A stretch of DNA of 64,000 nucleotides from a virus, in the IMG/VR virus record IMGVR_UViG_3300021960_000030, positions 1-64,000 of that record; one strand, given 5' to 3'. The notes under the pieces are model-generated. The model was not told where the DNA came from and did no database searches. It saw nothing but the letters and a program-made list of their open reading frames with translations. Shown here piece after piece: positions 41,144 to 50,561 of the stretch (the first letter of the stretch is position 1; each line of letters starts with the position of its first letter). A program made the position numbers and the translations under genes.

Positions 41144-43213
41144 TTAGAAACAAGACTCGAACTCGGGATACACAAACGTATCCGTGGGATAATCAATGAT
41201 ATTTATGTCGGTCGCTCCATAGTTCCAGGAGTCAAAGTTATTAGGATCGAAGGGCGATGTCACGTTATTATTGGTGTTGTAATCGATGGGAAAAACACCA
41301 GGATTAAAGATCGCAGGATCCACGCCAGGGGGAATGACGATAGATGACGAATAGGGGTTAACCGACACAGGAAGGCGTTCTGTACCGTCTGGTGTACCTG
41401 CAATAGCAATAGGTCCAACACAAACGATACCTGAGGAGTAATCCACAGTGCCAACGTTATTATTAAGAATGAGTTCTTTCTCGTTCCTTGTTGTAACGAG
41501 CATCAGCGACCCTCTACCGTCATCTCTGATGTTTACGGGAACGAGGGTTTCCTGATCAACAGCAACAAGGGTATTCGCTACCTGAGTGGTGCTGATTCCA
41601 CCAGCAATCAGGTCTACAAGGTTTGCTGTGTAACCTGTAGCGTAGAATACACCCGACTTGACCGATGAGAAGACAGGAGCACATCTATTGCCATCACCAT
41701 CGTTGCCTGTCAGGTCATTTGGGTTATGAATCGGGTTGCCAAAATCCAAACACTCGGTAAACACAGTACCGAAAGCAAAGTTTTCTAGATTTTGACCCAG
41801 AGACAGTTGAGTAACACTACCAGAGACGCAAGGATTAGTTGCATCGAGCATCGAACTGTATTTTGAACCTTCGATACGACCACCGAAGCGGTTTGACTGT
41901 CCAGCAGCGTTATATTTGTCAATACTACGAAGAAGGTCTGTCTGAAGTTCTGCAGAACTCTTTGTAGTGCAGTTTCCATCGTAATAAACCCAAGATTTCG
42001 GCACGACAAAGAAAGAAGTCGGGTCAGTGATCACAGGTTCGATGGATGCCATTGCATAAGGCAGCAGATTGTTCCTAATCTGTGCTTTTGTTGTGGCATT
42101 AAGTTTTGTGCCCGATTTTGAACGGATAGCAATGTAGACTTTTCCGTAAATCGGCGGATTCAGCTTCTCTCCACCATATGCAGTGACCGAAGCGGCTTGT
42201 GGGTAGATCGTTTTGGTGATGTACTCGTAGTCCGACTCGGTTACAGCACGATTTTGAGTTGCATACGCTCTAGGAGCGTTGAACTTGATGCTCAGGGGCG
42301 ATTCGCGGACCTCAGCGTCAGTTGCAGCGTCAATAGTCGTGATGATGATGTTCTGGGGAGGAATCGGACGACCCTCAGAGTCAACAATCAGACCAGTGAA
42401 GGAGAAATCTGTACATCCGTTCGCTTCTGGACCTGCAGTGCGGATATACTCAATGTTAATAACCTCACCATTGAGCAGTTTACGCCCCAGGACGCCATCT
42501 CCGAACACAACTTTGTATCTGAGGTCATCAGTCTCCTCAAGGAAGAATGCACGACTGTTTCCGTTGAGGTTAACCGAGTTTCTGACGGGAGTATATTCGT
42601 CAGTTTCTTGGGATTGTACGTTAGGACGCACAAAGACTCTCAGAAGTTCTGTATCGACGTTCTCGGAAGGAACAACGAAGTCTTGATCTCTGGTATCATC
42701 AACGGTATACTCGAAGTTGAGCAAGTTACCTTGATAGAAGATGATTTTGCTAAACTCAGCAAGTCCAGTTTGGGGATCAACCGAAACTTGAACATTGCTT
42801 CTAACAGCAAAGATGAAAGTATCGGTCAGGTTCCTAGAAACAAAAACATCACCCTTACGGAGGGTTACAGTTTCGGGGAAGTTGGAAGAAGAACCAACTG
42901 CAGAGGTCTGTATATTGATGCGTACACAAGCCTTCGCTGCTTTGATCGATCTTGGTGTATAGTTGAGTTGCTTAGCAACACGAACAATGTTATCTCTAAC
43001 AGTTGCCGACTCCAAGAAGGTCTCGTTCAGTGCCATATTGGCGTTGAACGCGGAGTAGTATGTGTTGTATGCTAAAATATCAATCAAGTAAGAGGCAGAC
43101 GAGCCCTCAAAGTCATAATCGCTAAACTCATCCCGAGTTCTGAGATACGACTTGATCGATTCCTTGATCTCAAAGAAATCAAGGGATGTAAGTTGAGAGG
43201 GTACGGCTGGCAT
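41144..43213 (-). CDS. gp6: Baseplate wedge subunit gp6
   Basis: LDFFEIKESIKSYL..FSDYDFEGS..LIDILAYNTYY..NETFLESA..R, VVFGDGVLG and AP..YATQNRAVT..DY. Confidence 0.93.
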   Translation of the reverse strand: MPAVPSQLTSLDFFEIKESIKSYLRTRDEFSDYDFEGSSASYLIDILAYNTYYSAFNANMALNETFLESATVRDNIVRVAKQLNYTPRSIKAAKACVRINIQTSAVGSSSNFPETVTLRKGDVFVSRNLTDTFIFAVRSNVQVSVDPQTGLAEFSKIIFYQGNLLNFEYTVDDTRDQDFVVPSENVDTELLRVFVRPNVQSQETDEYTPVRNSVNLNGNSRAFFLEETDDLRYKVVFGDGVLGRKLLNGEVINIEYIRTAGPEANGCTDFSFTGLIVDSEGRPIPPQNIIITTIDAATDAEVRESPLSIKFNAPRAYATQNRAVTESDYEYITKTIYPQAASVTAYGGEKLNPPIYGKVYIAIRSKSGTKLNATTKAQIRNNLLPYAMASIEPVITDPTSFFVVPKSWVYYDGNCTTKSSAELQTDLLRSIDKYNAAGQSNRFGGRIEGSKYSSMLDATNPCVSGSVTQLSLGQNLENFAFGTVFTECLDFGNPIHNPNDLTGNDGDGNRCAPVFSSVKSGVFYATGYTANLVDLIAGGISTTQVANTLVAVDQETLVPVNIRDDGRGSLMLVTTRNEKELILNNNVGTVDYSSGIVCVGPIAIAGTPDGTERLPVSVNPYSSSIVIPPGVDPAIFNPGVFPIDYNTNNNVTSPFDPNNFDSWNYGATDINIIDYPTDTFVYPEFESCF

Positions 43214-43214
43214 G

Positions 43215-43628
43215 TTATGCGACCTCTAGGAGGAAATCTACAGTTTGAAGTAATGTTTGTCCAATAATCACATACTCAATAGTTACGTTGAGTTCCTGAC
43301 CATCAGGGTTTTCACGAATGAATACGTTTTTCAGTTCAACTCTTGGTTCAAGTCTTTCTACGGTATTTCTAATCTCCGTTTTCATTTCTTCTGCCAAGAA
43401 CACGTCAAACGGTTCAAAGAGAAGGTTTTTGATTCTAGAACCGATGCCTGGTTGAAAAGGACGCTCACCAAACGTAGTGAGCATCAGGTTTCTGATGGAT
43501 TGCTTGATAGCGTTCTCATTTTTAACCACACTAAAATCCTTAGTATTGGGATTTGCCTTGAACGAAACCGCAAGGTCTTTATACCCTCTACTAAGGAACT
43601 TTTCAGATCTAAATCTATATGCGGGCAT
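43215..43628 (-). CDS. gp25: Baseplate wedge subunit gp25
   Basis: AIKQSIRNLMLTTFGERPFQPGIGS..LLFEP..EPRV. Confidence 0.93.
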   Translation of the reverse strand: MPAYRFRSEKFLSRGYKDLAVSFKANPNTKDFSVVKNENAIKQSIRNLMLTTFGERPFQPGIGSRIKNLLFEPFDVFLAEEMKTEIRNTVERLEPRVELKNVFIRENPDGQELNVTIEYVIIGQTLLQTVDFLLEVA

Positions 43629-43819
43629 TAGAAGCGTTCAACGTAATCATCGAACCCATTTTTACCACCACACCATTTTGAAAGACGATCTTGGGGAGGA
43701 TCGTTGTTGTGTGCTAACTTCAGATATTTATCAGCTTTCGGGTCAGTGATTAGAACCGTTGTCCCGAAATCGTGTTGCATCATTTCAGGTACATTATCTG
43801 GGATTGGATTGTTAGCCAT
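43628..43819 (-). CDS. Small hypothetical protein (likely start MANNP at 43819)
   Basis: Stop overlaps the gp25 start; preceded by an ATAAATA late-promoter core at ~43878-43884. Confidence 0.65.
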   Translation of the reverse strand: MANNPIPDNVPEMMQHDFGTTVLITDPKADKYLKLAHNNDPPQDRLSKWCGGKNGFDDYVERF

Positions 43820-43876
43820 CTGTCTCTCTTGCTTAAGGATCAACAGAACTTTTTAAGCGGTTGCTATCGCTTAAAG

Positions 43877-44407
43877 TTATTTATCTCTCCAGTCCCAGTG
43901 GTTATTTGGTCTCTCCCACCAGAAGTGCAAGTCTTGCTCATCATCGTTGTAATATTCGCCAACAAAATCACTCTTGAACTTACTGTGAATATTTTCACAC
44001 ATCGCTACAGTGTAAATCTCTTTCGTAGTGAGTCTACGCATGGCACGGGTGATCCAAGTATAGTTACCACCTCGGATAACACCCGCTTCAATCAATACAA
44101 ACTTGTTAAACCGATCTTTCCATCTATGGAAAGCTTCCAGAAAGTCTAGTTCGTATTCGACTTTCGATTCATCGGGAAATGGCACGTTGACGGATTCGAT
44201 ATGGTAAATCTCACCGTCAACAGTCAACGAGTGTGCCATGTGTTGAGCAATGATTCCTGAATAGTCTGGTGAGACACAAATGAATAGCGTATCACGAGGA
44301 TGCCAGTTTGGTTTACGCACCATGACTTTGTGGATGATCGACTGAATCAGCGACATCTCCTTATCTTGGGAGATAAAATGCAAAGTCTTGTCTAGTGCGC
44401 TATACAT
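43877..44407 (-). CDS. Phosphoribosyltransferase-like protein (divergent)
   Basis: Hydrophobic strand plus FVLIEAGVIRGGNY at the PRPP-loop position; C-terminal SDFVGEYY..LHFWWE resembles type I PRTases. Confidence 0.55.
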   Translation of the reverse strand: MYSALDKTLHFISQDKEMSLIQSIIHKVMVRKPNWHPRDTLFICVSPDYSGIIAQHMAHSLTVDGEIYHIESVNVPFPDESKVEYELDFLEAFHRWKDRFNKFVLIEAGVIRGGNYTWITRAMRRLTTKEIYTVAMCENIHSKFKSDFVGEYYNDDEQDLHFWWERPNNHWDWRDK

Positions 44408-44409
44408 GG

Positions 44410-44601
44410 TTACAGATTCAGAAACAGTTGTGTGGTGTATTCGTAGTCCACCATATGATATTTAAGGAACTCACGAAATGTCATTTTCATCTCTCTTTGT
44501 GACATACCGCAATGATCAGCGGCAGCAGGTAGATTCATGGTAGCCCGAAAAAGACCCCAGTTGGACTCTTCGACCAACTGGGGCGTAGTTTTAACTTTCA
44601 T
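44410..44601 (-). CDS. Small hypothetical protein, possible HTH
   Basis: MNLPAAADHCGMSQREMK; ATGA overlap with the upstream gene. Confidence 0.65.
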   Translation of the reverse strand: MKVKTTPQLVEESNWGLFRATMNLPAAADHCGMSQREMKMTFREFLKYHMVDYEYTTQLFLNL

Positions 44602-44747
44602 CGACCTTGACCGCGATAACGCTTCTTGCGACCATTACGAGAGGTTGCAGAGAGTTTGGTGTTAACGCCACGACCCTGCCGAGTCATTTTCGGAGGACCA
44701 GGCTGAAAGACAATACGGGAAGAACCAACTTTCGCTTTAGCAGGCAT
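44598..44747 (-). CDS. Small very basic protein (49 aa from MPAKAK)
   Basis: K/R-rich ..SATSRNGRKKRYRGQGR; extended -10 TGcTATAAT at ~44775-44783 upstream. Confidence 0.7.
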   Translation of the reverse strand: MPAKAKVGSSRIVFQPGPPKMTRQGRGVNTKLSATSRNGRKKRYRGQGR

Positions 44748-44786
44748 AGTGTGTGTCGTGTGGTGGACGTTGATATTATAGCACAA

Positions 44787-45320
44787 TCAGGCGGACCAGA
44801 CCGTAGCAGATCCCCATGCAACAACAGAACTACACGGATACGACCAACCAGGGAAACCAAGCCCCAGAGGATCCAGCATTCTGCCAACTGGCAGTTTTAA
44901 TGCAAAGACCGTGAGTGTAGTTGTGAACAAAACTCTGGGGTGACCTACACCACCCGCATCTTCAATCGTCAAGATCGAACATGGGATCGGTGTTGGAAAC
45001 GGACAGATGTTAGGACCGCAGGGGCACATGTATATAACAATGTTCGTACATGCACTCCAGTGGGGAGTGAACGTATCCCCTAGCAAATAGATTGGAAGGA
45101 AGTGTACAAGTACAAGTGCCCTCAAAGGGTTGAGAGCAGTCAGTGGTACAAGCGGATATGGTGGCCACCAGCATGTAAGATCTTTTACTTTGATCGTATA
45201 TGGGATTGGCGGACTACTACAACCCTGAACCGAGTGAACGGTAGGTGGCAAGCACAGTCCGTGACCACTACAAGGCAGTGCATTATGCGCTGCAACAGGT
45301 TTTAGAAATCCATATGCCAT
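44787..45320 (-). CDS. PAAR-like spike tip protein (gp5.4-like), Cys-rich
   Basis: CSGHG, GDTFTPH, GHPRVL..TVFALKLPVGRMLDPL and CSSVVAWGSATV follow the PAAR three-motif pattern with His/Cys metal ligands. Confidence 0.75.
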   Translation of the reverse strand: MAYGFLKPVAAHNALPCSGHGLCLPPTVHSVQGCSSPPIPYTIKVKDLTCWWPPYPLVPLTALNPLRALVLVHFLPIYLLGDTFTPHWSACTNIVIYMCPCGPNICPFPTPIPCSILTIEDAGGVGHPRVLFTTTLTVFALKLPVGRMLDPLGLGFPGWSYPCSSVVAWGSATVWSA

Positions 45321-48300
45321 TAGAACCCATCTCCGATAACGTTTCTGATGTCAACGTCACATTCACTAAAGTAGGGGTTGCTTAAATACTGAACTGCTTT
45401 CGCATAAACAATGGTGGCACCTGTCAAGTAGTTTCGTACTTTCATTTGACCGACATATGGTCCTAAAACCATACTTGGGGTGCCACCCTGCATTCTGCCT
45501 GGTTGCACTGCGATAGAAACGTCGTTGACATTCTCAAGAGCAGCGCAAATACTCATGAGTTCGGGTACCTGATCATATGTAGTACCCGCGATGGGTTGAC
45601 CATTGGCATCCCATCCGCAGAAAACGTCCAATGGACCGTCTGAGGCAGTAACACCGCGAACATAGGTGTCCCAACATTCATTTGGTGGCGCACCGCCCAC
45701 CCAGGGTTCTGCTTCAATCGCAGTAATGTTGGTAGAGTCGCTAAAGTTCTCAGTTGTTGATCCGCCAGTCGGTTGTCCCGTTTGTGGGTCTGTTTCTGGA
45801 GTTGTAAAACTCCAACTCCAAGGTCCAACCAAGAAGTTGGGTGTATAAGTTGCAATATTGTCATGCAACCAGAGTTGGAACTGCTCAAACTCAGAATAAC
45901 TGGATCTGTTGTAGTCAAATGTGTTCTCGTCAAGTCCAATCGGCACAAAAACGTAACCAGGACCGTTAGGATCGCGATAACAACGTCCCTGAATGCCTCC
46001 ACGGAAGCAAGGATGAGTCTTTGCGAGTCCAGAAACCTTTCTTGTGGGTGTCAACCTCGCTGCAGGCATTTTATCCTTCAGGAAGTCCATGAAATCTTGC
46101 CCCTGAGACCCTATTGTATGCCCCTCTAACCGCATTGAAACCTTAAACGTGGCTTCCTCTGCCTCTGAAGCACAATATTTGTGTACAACCCATCCAAATG
46201 CCACTGGTTTGGGGTCTTCCAGAGGACTCAAAGGTTGAGATGTGCCTCTATAGGAGCAAGGCATGTCAAAGAAACGACTTACAGCGTAAGTTTTTGGTTG
46301 AGGAATCTCAATACACGCATTTCCATTGTTCCAACCATAGAGACCAGACAGTCCCGTTGCCCTTGTATCGGCAGTTTCCGCTGCAGAACGGATTTCTGAG
46401 AAGGGTCCGTTCAAATAATCGTTGATTCCATCGGAATACTGACGAACATATTTGAAAGATTCGTCTGTAGGGAGTGAATCCGCGATAACACCAGGCAAAG
46501 TGAGGTCTAAACACTGTGCAGGGAGGTCTTGACAGAGCACAGTCTTGTCAGTTTTGCTCACATCGGTCACTTTCATGTAACCTTGCGGGATTTCTACCGA
46601 CAATCCTTCTTCGATTTTGCTGAATCCTTCGTTAAGTACGCCTTCTAAGTCAAAGCCACCGTCAGTTCCGACAAGATCCTTGACATTTTTGAGTGCACCA
46701 CTCTTCACAGGGTCATAACCTGCGGTAGATTGCCCATCAAATCCGCGAGAAACCTTCTCAGGGATGACAACTGCGACTAAAGGCGGGAAATCTGGCGAAT
46801 ATCCAGACCCAGGATCCGTGATTGCGACTCTAACGATGGTTCCATTGGCGTCCATCTCCTCAACAATGATCTTTGCCTGCTTCTGAATGACAGTTTTGCC
46901 GCGATTATACGCAACTTTGCCTGCAGTTGCCTTATCAGACTGTGCCAAAGTGTTAGAAGTCTTCGAGATTGCGTTATGCATCTGCATATCGTAGTCTTGT
47001 GAAGTCTCCTGAGTGTATCCAGCAGTCTTTGCATTGCCCAAACCGTTGTCTAACGGTGCCTGATTCATCATTTCTGACGCAAAATCGCCAGGAGAGAAGT
47101 CTTCCATGATGCCAGGAGAGGAAACAGAGATGGTTGTGTCCTCAAATCTGTATCCAAAACCACCATTTATGATCTTAACTCGCGCAAGTTCGCCTCTTTC
47201 ATTGATAACTGCCTCAAGTTTTGCCTCATCTAGCGTTCTACTTGCGACTAATGCGTTAGGATCGATCTCAACTTGGAAGTAAGTGATCTTTTTGGGGAAC
47301 TCATATACGCCAAAGAACGCACATTTGTCGCTAATACCGTATCCAGCAAGCACAACTGCGGATGCACCATCAGCAGAAGTGAACTGTTGGTTGTATGTGA
47401 ACTCATTTCCGTTCTCTGCTTCCGCATCTGTCTCGCCCAACTCCATAAATCCGCACTTAGTTTCATCACCAAAGTAACGAATGGACGTGATTGTCCACCC
47501 ATTGATGCTTTCACCACGCCTAAATGCGCCAGTTGTGGTAACATAGCGGAACAAAATGCGTCTAGAGTCGGTACCAACCGTCCAGAAAGACTCATTTACG
47601 CCCTGTGTGGACATATCTGAGAGTTTCAAAGTCGATTTTGTCGTCTCCCAGGAGTCTTCTCGGATCTGATAGAAGTGAGAATGGTAAGAATAGTTGCGAA
47701 TACAGCAAGGATACGACCTACTTTGCTCATCTTGACACGTTGTATTGGGACAACAACCCGCATCAGACAGTGTATACTGGATTCCGAAGATAGGACCGTT
47801 CCATGGATACGACGTATCGTACAAATAATAGACAAACTGAGAGTCGTACATGTCCTCAAATCCCAGATATCTGGGAACAGCACCCTTGATTGCGCCGTTT
47901 AGACCATACGCCCACTCAAAGTTTGCATCTGTAGAGGCAACTTCAACGTAATCTGCGTCTCCCCACCCGTTCATATTGGGTGGACCTTCAAATCTGGAGT
48001 CAGTATCGCCGCGTCTACCCCATCTATACTTGAAATATGACCATGGCTCTGCCCATTGATACCAACCAGACTTGTCTACACACTGTCCAGTGGGTCCAAT
48101 CAGACCCACATCAACAACTTGTTTTGCTTTCTGTGACCCAAAACCACCCGTATATACATAACCGATGATGCCTTGGTATGCATATTCCCCTCTCATGGGG
48201 TCCTTGGGGGGTATAGGACCGCCTGAGAGGTTTACTTCACCTGCAGGAGTGGTGGTATAGAAGTCATCATACTTCGGTGCACCTGCATAATAATGATACA

Positions 48301-48862
48301 GAGGGGTATAATCTGCCCCATGAGCAGCAGCACCCGCCTCTGTGGTGTGAATATAACCTAATGTACCAGTATTCTCGAATCCACTCTCACTTTGATTGGA
48401 CGAGATTTTTGTATTATTGAGGTCGTGGTTGTAATGCCGATAGAACTGTGTTCCACCTGACGATGCAGATTCCAGAACATAGAACACAGGACGATTAGAA
48501 CGCGGTTCTGCGTTATATTTTTTTGCTACCTTTCCTTTACGACGTTCACCGACCATATCATCTTTGCGGATACGGTTCTCAATCGTATAGGTATGATCGA
48601 ATCCACTGCCACCTGTACCACGATAGTGTCGATAAACTTCTCTTCTATCACTATCGCAGTTGGTGCAAACTTCTTCCTCGTCCCCAATATAATGCACATT
48701 ATCTTTGCCTAAGGGTAACGACCCAGGTCCCGCTCCGAGGAACTTGATCTGATACCCATCAGGCACGCCTTCATACTCATCACTATTCCAACGCTTCTCA
48801 AAATCTTTCGTTTCGATTGGATTGCGATAAGATCTTCCCGTCTCTATAATATAGGCAGGCAT
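45320..48862 (-). CDS. 1180-aa probable structural protein
   Basis: Long ORF coupled to the PAAR gene; Gly-rich IINGGFGY/ITDPGSGY repeats; N-terminal VYRHY/FYRHY/LYHYY repeats; CTAAATA upstream at 48888-48894. Confidence 0.7.
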   Translation of the reverse strand: MPAYIIETGRSYRNPIETKDFEKRWNSDEYEGVPDGYQIKFLGAGPGSLPLGKDNVHYIGDEEEVCTNCDSDRREVYRHYRGTGGSGFDHTYTIENRIRKDDMVGERRKGKVAKKYNAEPRSNRPVFYVLESASSGGTQFYRHYNHDLNNTKISSNQSESGFENTGTLGYIHTTEAGAAAHGADYTPLYHYYAGAPKYDDFYTTTPAGEVNLSGGPIPPKDPMRGEYAYQGIIGYVYTGGFGSQKAKQVVDVGLIGPTGQCVDKSGWYQWAEPWSYFKYRWGRRGDTDSRFEGPPNMNGWGDADYVEVASTDANFEWAYGLNGAIKGAVPRYLGFEDMYDSQFVYYLYDTSYPWNGPIFGIQYTLSDAGCCPNTTCQDEQSRSYPCCIRNYSYHSHFYQIREDSWETTKSTLKLSDMSTQGVNESFWTVGTDSRRILFRYVTTTGAFRRGESINGWTITSIRYFGDETKCGFMELGETDAEAENGNEFTYNQQFTSADGASAVVLAGYGISDKCAFFGVYEFPKKITYFQVEIDPNALVASRTLDEAKLEAVINERGELARVKIINGGFGYRFEDTTISVSSPGIMEDFSPGDFASEMMNQAPLDNGLGNAKTAGYTQETSQDYDMQMHNAISKTSNTLAQSDKATAGKVAYNRGKTVIQKQAKIIVEEMDANGTIVRVAITDPGSGYSPDFPPLVAVVIPEKVSRGFDGQSTAGYDPVKSGALKNVKDLVGTDGGFDLEGVLNEGFSKIEEGLSVEIPQGYMKVTDVSKTDKTVLCQDLPAQCLDLTLPGVIADSLPTDESFKYVRQYSDGINDYLNGPFSEIRSAAETADTRATGLSGLYGWNNGNACIEIPQPKTYAVSRFFDMPCSYRGTSQPLSPLEDPKPVAFGWVVHKYCASEAEEATFKVSMRLEGHTIGSQGQDFMDFLKDKMPAARLTPTRKVSGLAKTHPCFRGGIQGRCYRDPNGPGYVFVPIGLDENTFDYNRSSYSEFEQFQLWLHDNIATYTPNFLVGPWSWSFTTPETDPQTGQPTGGSTTENFSDSTNITAIEAEPWVGGAPPNECWDTYVRGVTASDGPLDVFCGWDANGQPIAGTTYDQVPELMSICAALENVNDVSIAVQPGRMQGGTPSMVLGPYVGQMKVRNYLTGATIVYAKAVQYLSNPYFSECDVDIRNVIGDGF

Positions 48863-49083
48863 TAAATACCAAGAACTGTTTCAATCGTATTTAGTCTCTC
48901 ATAGAGGTCATCGAAAACCTGCTTTAGGTTTTTATACTCATCCGACCCTGGTGGTTTGTATTGAATCATACTTGGACCTGGGGGCGGCATTTTTGAGACC
49001 GCTTCTTCTAGCAACTGTATACGGGCATTCAAGTGTAAGAATGCATCATTGATATTCTTAAAGTTCTCGTTCAGATTGTCCAT
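48862..49083 (-). CDS. Small hypothetical coiled-coil protein
   Basis: Stop/start overlap with the downstream gene. Confidence 0.7.
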   Translation of the reverse strand: MDNLNENFKNINDAFLHLNARIQLLEEAVSKMPPPGPSMIQYKPPGSDEYKNLKQVFDDLYERLNTIETVLGI

Positions 49084-49127
49084 AATGTTGGGTCAAACGC
49101 GGTTTTTGGTTTCGCGGTTTTTGAGAG

Positions 49128-49313
49128 TTAATCTTCAGTATCGAGATCCTCGTCAGCAACCTTCTTAAGCATTATTGTACCATCGATGTCCTCAGAATAT
49201 TCTAAGTAATCTCCTTCACACCATCCCGCCTCCTGTAGGAGTTCATCGGGGAACTGTACAAATACTTCACCATCGTCCCCTTCCTGGACCTCTAAGACGT
49301 ATCTCTTACTCAT
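49128..49313 (-). CDS. AbrB/MazE-like swapped-hairpin DNA-binding protein
   Basis: GEVFVQFPDELLQEAGWCEGDYLEY..DGTIMLKK. Confidence 0.7.
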   Translation of the reverse strand: MSKRYVLEVQEGDDGEVFVQFPDELLQEAGWCEGDYLEYSEDIDGTIMLKKVADEDLDTED

Positions 49314-49645
49314 TTAATACTCCGAGTAACACACAACAGTATATAGATTTTCTCAGTGTTTGTGATACAACCAGACGTACACGTCAGCACGCACAGGTCT
49401 GAGAAACTTTTTACCCCTGGAAAAAATATTTTGTAGAGAGATATTCGCAATCTCTTTTAGGGTGAGGAAGATATACGACCATTCCTCACGGGGGGTCGTA
49501 GCGAGGGTCTGGGGGGTCTCAGAACCCCTGGAAATATTTTTAGAGAGAGATAACACTAGGGCGATCCTATACTTTTGTAGGTTAGGGAAGTGGGGCGTTT
49601 TAATATAGCGAAATGGGGGACACGATTGCATCCCCATTGTATACA

Positions 49646-49828
49646 CTAACTGTAACTCACATCATAACAGAAACCCTCTGCAATCATGTAGTCTGTGAAT
49701 CTTTGATACTGTTGGAGATCTTCACTCAAACCAGTATCAATAAGGAACTGTGCTAACTCTATCTGTTCGTCGGGTGGGAGTGATCCTGCGTCGTACAGAT
49801 CTAGGAGAAGTTGATACTTTTCAGGCAT
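49646..49828 (-). CDS. Small hypothetical protein (likely start MPEKYQ)
   Basis: Start overlaps the end of the upstream small ORF. Confidence 0.6.
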   Translation of the reverse strand: MPEKYQLLLDLYDAGSLPPDEQIELAQFLIDTGLSEDLQQYQRFTDYMIAEGFCYDVSYS

Positions 49829-49994
49829 TGGGTTGTTTACTGTAATCGGATGCATCTTGCAATGCTAGTTGATAACTCTTGAATGGTCCAAACTTAGGAC
49901 AACCTTCGTAATCATATCGCCAGAAGTGTTTACGATGGTTTTCCCAGATCTGTATATCAACTGGGGGATTCGTGTTGAGGGTGATAGTTTTCAA
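49821..49994 (-). CDS. 57-aa hypothetical protein, TTG start; not in ORF track
   Basis: (M)KTITLNTNPPVDIQIWENHRKHFWRYDYEGCPKFGPFKSYQLALQDA..; TTGA overlap with the upstream stop. Confidence 0.55.
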   Translation of the reverse strand: MKTITLNTNPPVDIQIWENHRKHFWRYDYEGCPKFGPFKSYQLALQDASDYSKQPNA

Positions 49995-50122
49995 CTCCAA
50001 TCACCTCGGCAATCATGAGCGAACTCGGGCAGCATAGCATCATCAATGTCGAGGTCTTCGCTCAGTTCGTCATCATCGGAGAGCATGTAATCAATCCAGT
50101 CCTGGGCATTGAAATCATCCAT
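49991..50122 (-). CDS. 43-aa acidic peptide; not in ORF track
   Basis: MDDFNAQDWIDYMLSDDDELSEDLDIDD..; TGATG coupling to the upstream ORF. Confidence 0.5.
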   Translation of the reverse strand: MDDFNAQDWIDYMLSDDDELSEDLDIDDAMLPEFAHDCRGDWS

Positions 50123-50301
50123 CAATCTGCCTCCCAATGGTCATCAGTAGCAGTGAATGGTTTCTTATACTTTTCAACAAAAGTGTCTGTGGAATCTGTG
50201 GAAAACTCTCGACGATCTTTGTTTCCCCAGTTACGCTTCTCTCTGATAGATTTGGGACGACGTGAGTTGTGAATGTCGTTCTTCTTGTATGTGCGACCCA
50301 T
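50122..50301 (-). CDS. 59-aa basic hypothetical protein; not in ORF track
   Basis: MGRTYKKNDIHNSRRPKSIREKRNW..; sigma70-like promoter upstream. Confidence 0.55.
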   Translation of the reverse strand: MGRTYKKNDIHNSRRPKSIREKRNWGNKDRREFSTDSTDTFVEKYKKPFTATDDHWEAD

Positions 50302-50338
50302 GGGATTCTGAATGACAGTGTTAGTGAAGGACTCTGTT

Positions 50339-50368
50339 AGTATGTATCAATCAAGGGGGCATTGTCAA
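50339..50368 (-). promoter_or_regulatory. Sigma70-like promoter
   Basis: TTGACA-N18-CATACT upstream of the ORF at 50301. Confidence 0.5.
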
Positions 50369-50515
50369 GGGGTTTGTGAGGGTTTCTGAAGTGTCCTGGG
50401 GGTGTTGCTAACTCGCTGTCGATGTGTTACAGTCCGAGGTAACAATAACCACACACATTAACACGAACTATCGAACACTAATGTATGTTTATTAGACCAT
50501 TTCTTAAATACACAG

Positions 50516-50550
50516 TTTTCCACAGACATTGTGGAAAAAGTTGTGGAAAA
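50516..50550. promoter_or_regulatory. Three DnaA-box-like nonamers (TTTTCCACA)
   Basis: TTTTCCACA at 50516-50524, TGTGGAAAA at 50530-50538 and 50542-50550; intergenic. Confidence 0.55.
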
Positions 50551-50561
50551 CTGCGCGTTCA

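Noticed and set aside
99-43075. Many long plus-strand ORFs (e.g. 6217-8256, 22329-24272, 27816-29765, 35916-38039)
   Set aside because: They are antisense shadows of long minus-strand genes with biased codon use and show no recognisable motifs.
43852-43875. Hairpin TTTAAGCG..CGCTTAAA as a terminator or ncRNA
   Set aside because: It is AT-rich with no U-tract on the coding strand; at most a 5' leader stem.
49128-49313. Toxin-antitoxin module around the AbrB/MazE-like gene
   Set aside because: Neither neighbour resembles MazF, VapC or another toxin.
49353-49646. 97-aa minus-strand ORF
   Set aside because: It runs through low-complexity repeated DNA with atypical composition; treated as non-coding.
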